Positions 22,634 to 24,342 of a stretch of 24,342 nt of DNA are shown here, in pieces. Numbering within the stretch: position 1 is the stretch's first letter; every line of letters begins with the position of its first letter. Below the pieces are notes generated by a model, which saw nothing but the letters and a program-made list of their open reading frames with translations, was not told the origin of the DNA and did not search any database. The DNA lies in contig JAQGDQ010001818.1 of assembly GCA_030141605.1 (NCBI GenBank), positions 1 through 24,342 of the forward strand. Reading direction: 5' to 3'. Source of the stretch: Tubiluchus corallicola. Lineage: Eukaryota; Animalia; Priapulida. The position numbers were made by a program, and so were the translations under genes.

Positions 22634-22822
22634 GGGAAAATTTTGCAGTATTACCCAGTTACGATGAATGCACATGTGCGCCTACCTTGGAGTCCAACGT
22701 TCGACCCGCCCCAGAGAAGAATTGCGCCCCTTGCAGTGGAGTATTTTCAGGACGTAACAATAACTTTGGCATTTGTGGTTCTAAAGTCACAAGTTATGCT
22801 GGCATTTATACCGTTTATAGCG
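22634..22822 (+). CDS. Multi-WSC protein exon 7: C-terminal half of WSC domain 4; gene continues downstream
   Basis: Acceptor TTACTTTACAG, donor G|GTGAGT, 189 nt, phase 1-1. GENFAVLPSYDECTCA..NCAPCSG..ICG..IYTVYS completes the cysteine pattern begun in exon 6. Confidence 0.88.
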
Positions 22823-22891
22823 GTGAGTGCAATATTTACAAGTTTTTTCAAGCGGTTTCAATTTGTTTCGAGCAGCCATGTTTGATGAATA

Positions 22892-23220
22892 TACTGTAAG
22901 TTCTCGCTTCAGTACTTCCCATTTAGCGACGTTTCATTTTAACGACGAAATGATGCATCTTTTCGTTTTAACAACGATTTTTTACTTTGCTCACACCCAA
23001 CACTTTCAAAGCAAAATCGTAACTCACAAGCACATTAACACACGATTAACAAACCTGCTTATGAACAAAATGATACTTAACGTGATTGTTTCTACTTTTA
23101 AAGTATGTATCTACTTGACGAGTTTTAAAGTAGGCAGCGTATGCAACTAACAGAATTTATTAGCTACAGCGGAACATGCGAAAACAAACTAAAATTTCCA
23201 GGTGTGTTCCCACACCCAAC
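22892..23220 (+). mobile_element. Second, diverged copy of the pogo/Tigger-like element, ending at the adjacent LINE tail
   Basis: TACTGTAAGTTCTCGCTT..ATTTAGCGACGTTTCATTTTAACGACG..GATTTTTTACTTTGCTCACA matches 21896-22025. The right boundary is uncertain. Confidence 0.65.
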
Positions 23221-23885
23221 TGAATGAATTATGAATTATGAATGAATTTATTCCACAGCGACTCAAGCATACATACAAAGTGATATTACATTGAAAAAAA
23301 TAAACTATAAGAGTTACTGTGAGGAAGGGGAAGGAGCATTGAGCTTTCGAGTCCTCCTCCAGATAAGTGAAACAATTGACAATTAACATTACATTTTCAT
23401 CAGTTATAACATACATTAGAACAAAATAAGTTTTGTTAGTAACTTGAGATCAGGATGAGTAAAATTTTGAGTTAATTATACCGTTGTAGTAGGTAATTCT
23501 TAGATGCTTTTTTAAATTGATAAAGATTAAGAATTTTTATTTCACGTGGAATTGATGACCATATTTTAATAGCATATTTTGATGACTGTTTCATTATATT
23601 TGTTTTTGGAAGGGGGAGTACATAGTTTCCGACTGAATATCTTGGGTAATGATCATGTTGTGTTGAAACTGGACTAAAGTATGACTGAAAAGCTGGTGGA
23701 AGTAGTGAATTATGATAGTGATACATGAAATGAAGACAATACATGCCATATATTTCTTTCACTTTAAGAGTTTTAACAGACAAGTAAATTATATTTGTGG
23801 GAAGGTCATACCTTACATGATATATTAGTTTGAGAATTTTGTTCTGGGTGATTTGTAAAGCTTCCAGATTAGAACTGGCAACATG
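23221..23885 (-). mobile_element. 5'-truncated L2/CR1-group (Crack/Daphne-like) LINE 3' end
   Basis: In-frame LQITQNKILKLI..LKVKEIY..FMYHYHNSLLP..H...RY..NYVLP..KIWSSIP..IK..FKK..K.YLL* is the typical ORF2 C-terminus. The 3' UTR ends in AATAAA plus a (TTCA)n-like tail. Confidence 0.88.
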
Positions 23886-24342
23886 ATCAGTAATATAGCT
23901 GTAGCTCTTTCATCGCATTTTTGTAATTAGTTGCGCACTAATTCATTACTCACTTGATAACGAATTGTGCTAATTTTGTTTTCACTTTGTGCAATTGTAT
24001 GTAACTTAACGTTGTGTGAAACTGTAGGGGTTTTTTGTGTAATAATGATAAAAACAATAATAAAAATAAAAATAAAGCAGCACCAAGAGCAGATTGGAAA
24101 TGAGCATAAGAAACATGGCTCTGGTAATCAGCTGCAACCTGATTCTGTCACAGAATTGGCTCGTGAGATCACCATGAATTCCTGCACCCCGCTGAGGACT
24201 CTATAGCAGCCCCCTTGCTACCGCCATTGTGCTCCTTTAAGACCACTTTAGGAGGCCTAACATCTTGATTTGGGATTGCCAAAACGGCTCGAGAAATTTA
24301 TCAATCTCCCCCTCCACTGTACATTGTCATCGTGTGCCCGTT

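Noticed and set aside
24154-24206. Possible terminal exon of the WSC gene (CACAG|..ELAREITMNSCTPLRTL*)
   Set aside because: Phase-compatible, but the pyrimidine tract is weak, there is no domain signal and no nearby polyA signal; not supportable.

Overview
AT-rich, repeat-laden eukaryotic DNA, most likely from an invertebrate metazoan (spliceosomal GT-AG introns; RTE and L2/CR1-group LINEs; hAT, MULE and Tc1/mariner-pogo MITEs; microsatellites). The main feature is a + strand multi-exon gene that the ORF track shows only in fragments. Seven coding exons (8644-8765, 10583-10746, 14147-14458, 15873-16166, 17758-18093, 21276-21416, 22634-22822) splice in frame (519 codons + 1 nt). They encode an N-terminal tail, one transmembrane helix and four tandem WSC-type Cys-rich domains, and the gene remains open at its 3' end. 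Its introns and upstream region hold many transposon relics. These include a 509-bp TSD-flanked non-autonomous RTE retroelement that begins at a degenerate twister ribozyme, an intact hAT MITE (8-bp TSD), an intact MULE-like MITE (9-bp TSD), and two tandem arrays built from transposon ends. Positions about 270-2830 form an unclassified CpG-rich element with a low-complexity ORF, nested direct repeats and GC hairpins. Most other ORFs in the track are artefacts of simple repeats. All calls were made by eye; no searches were run.
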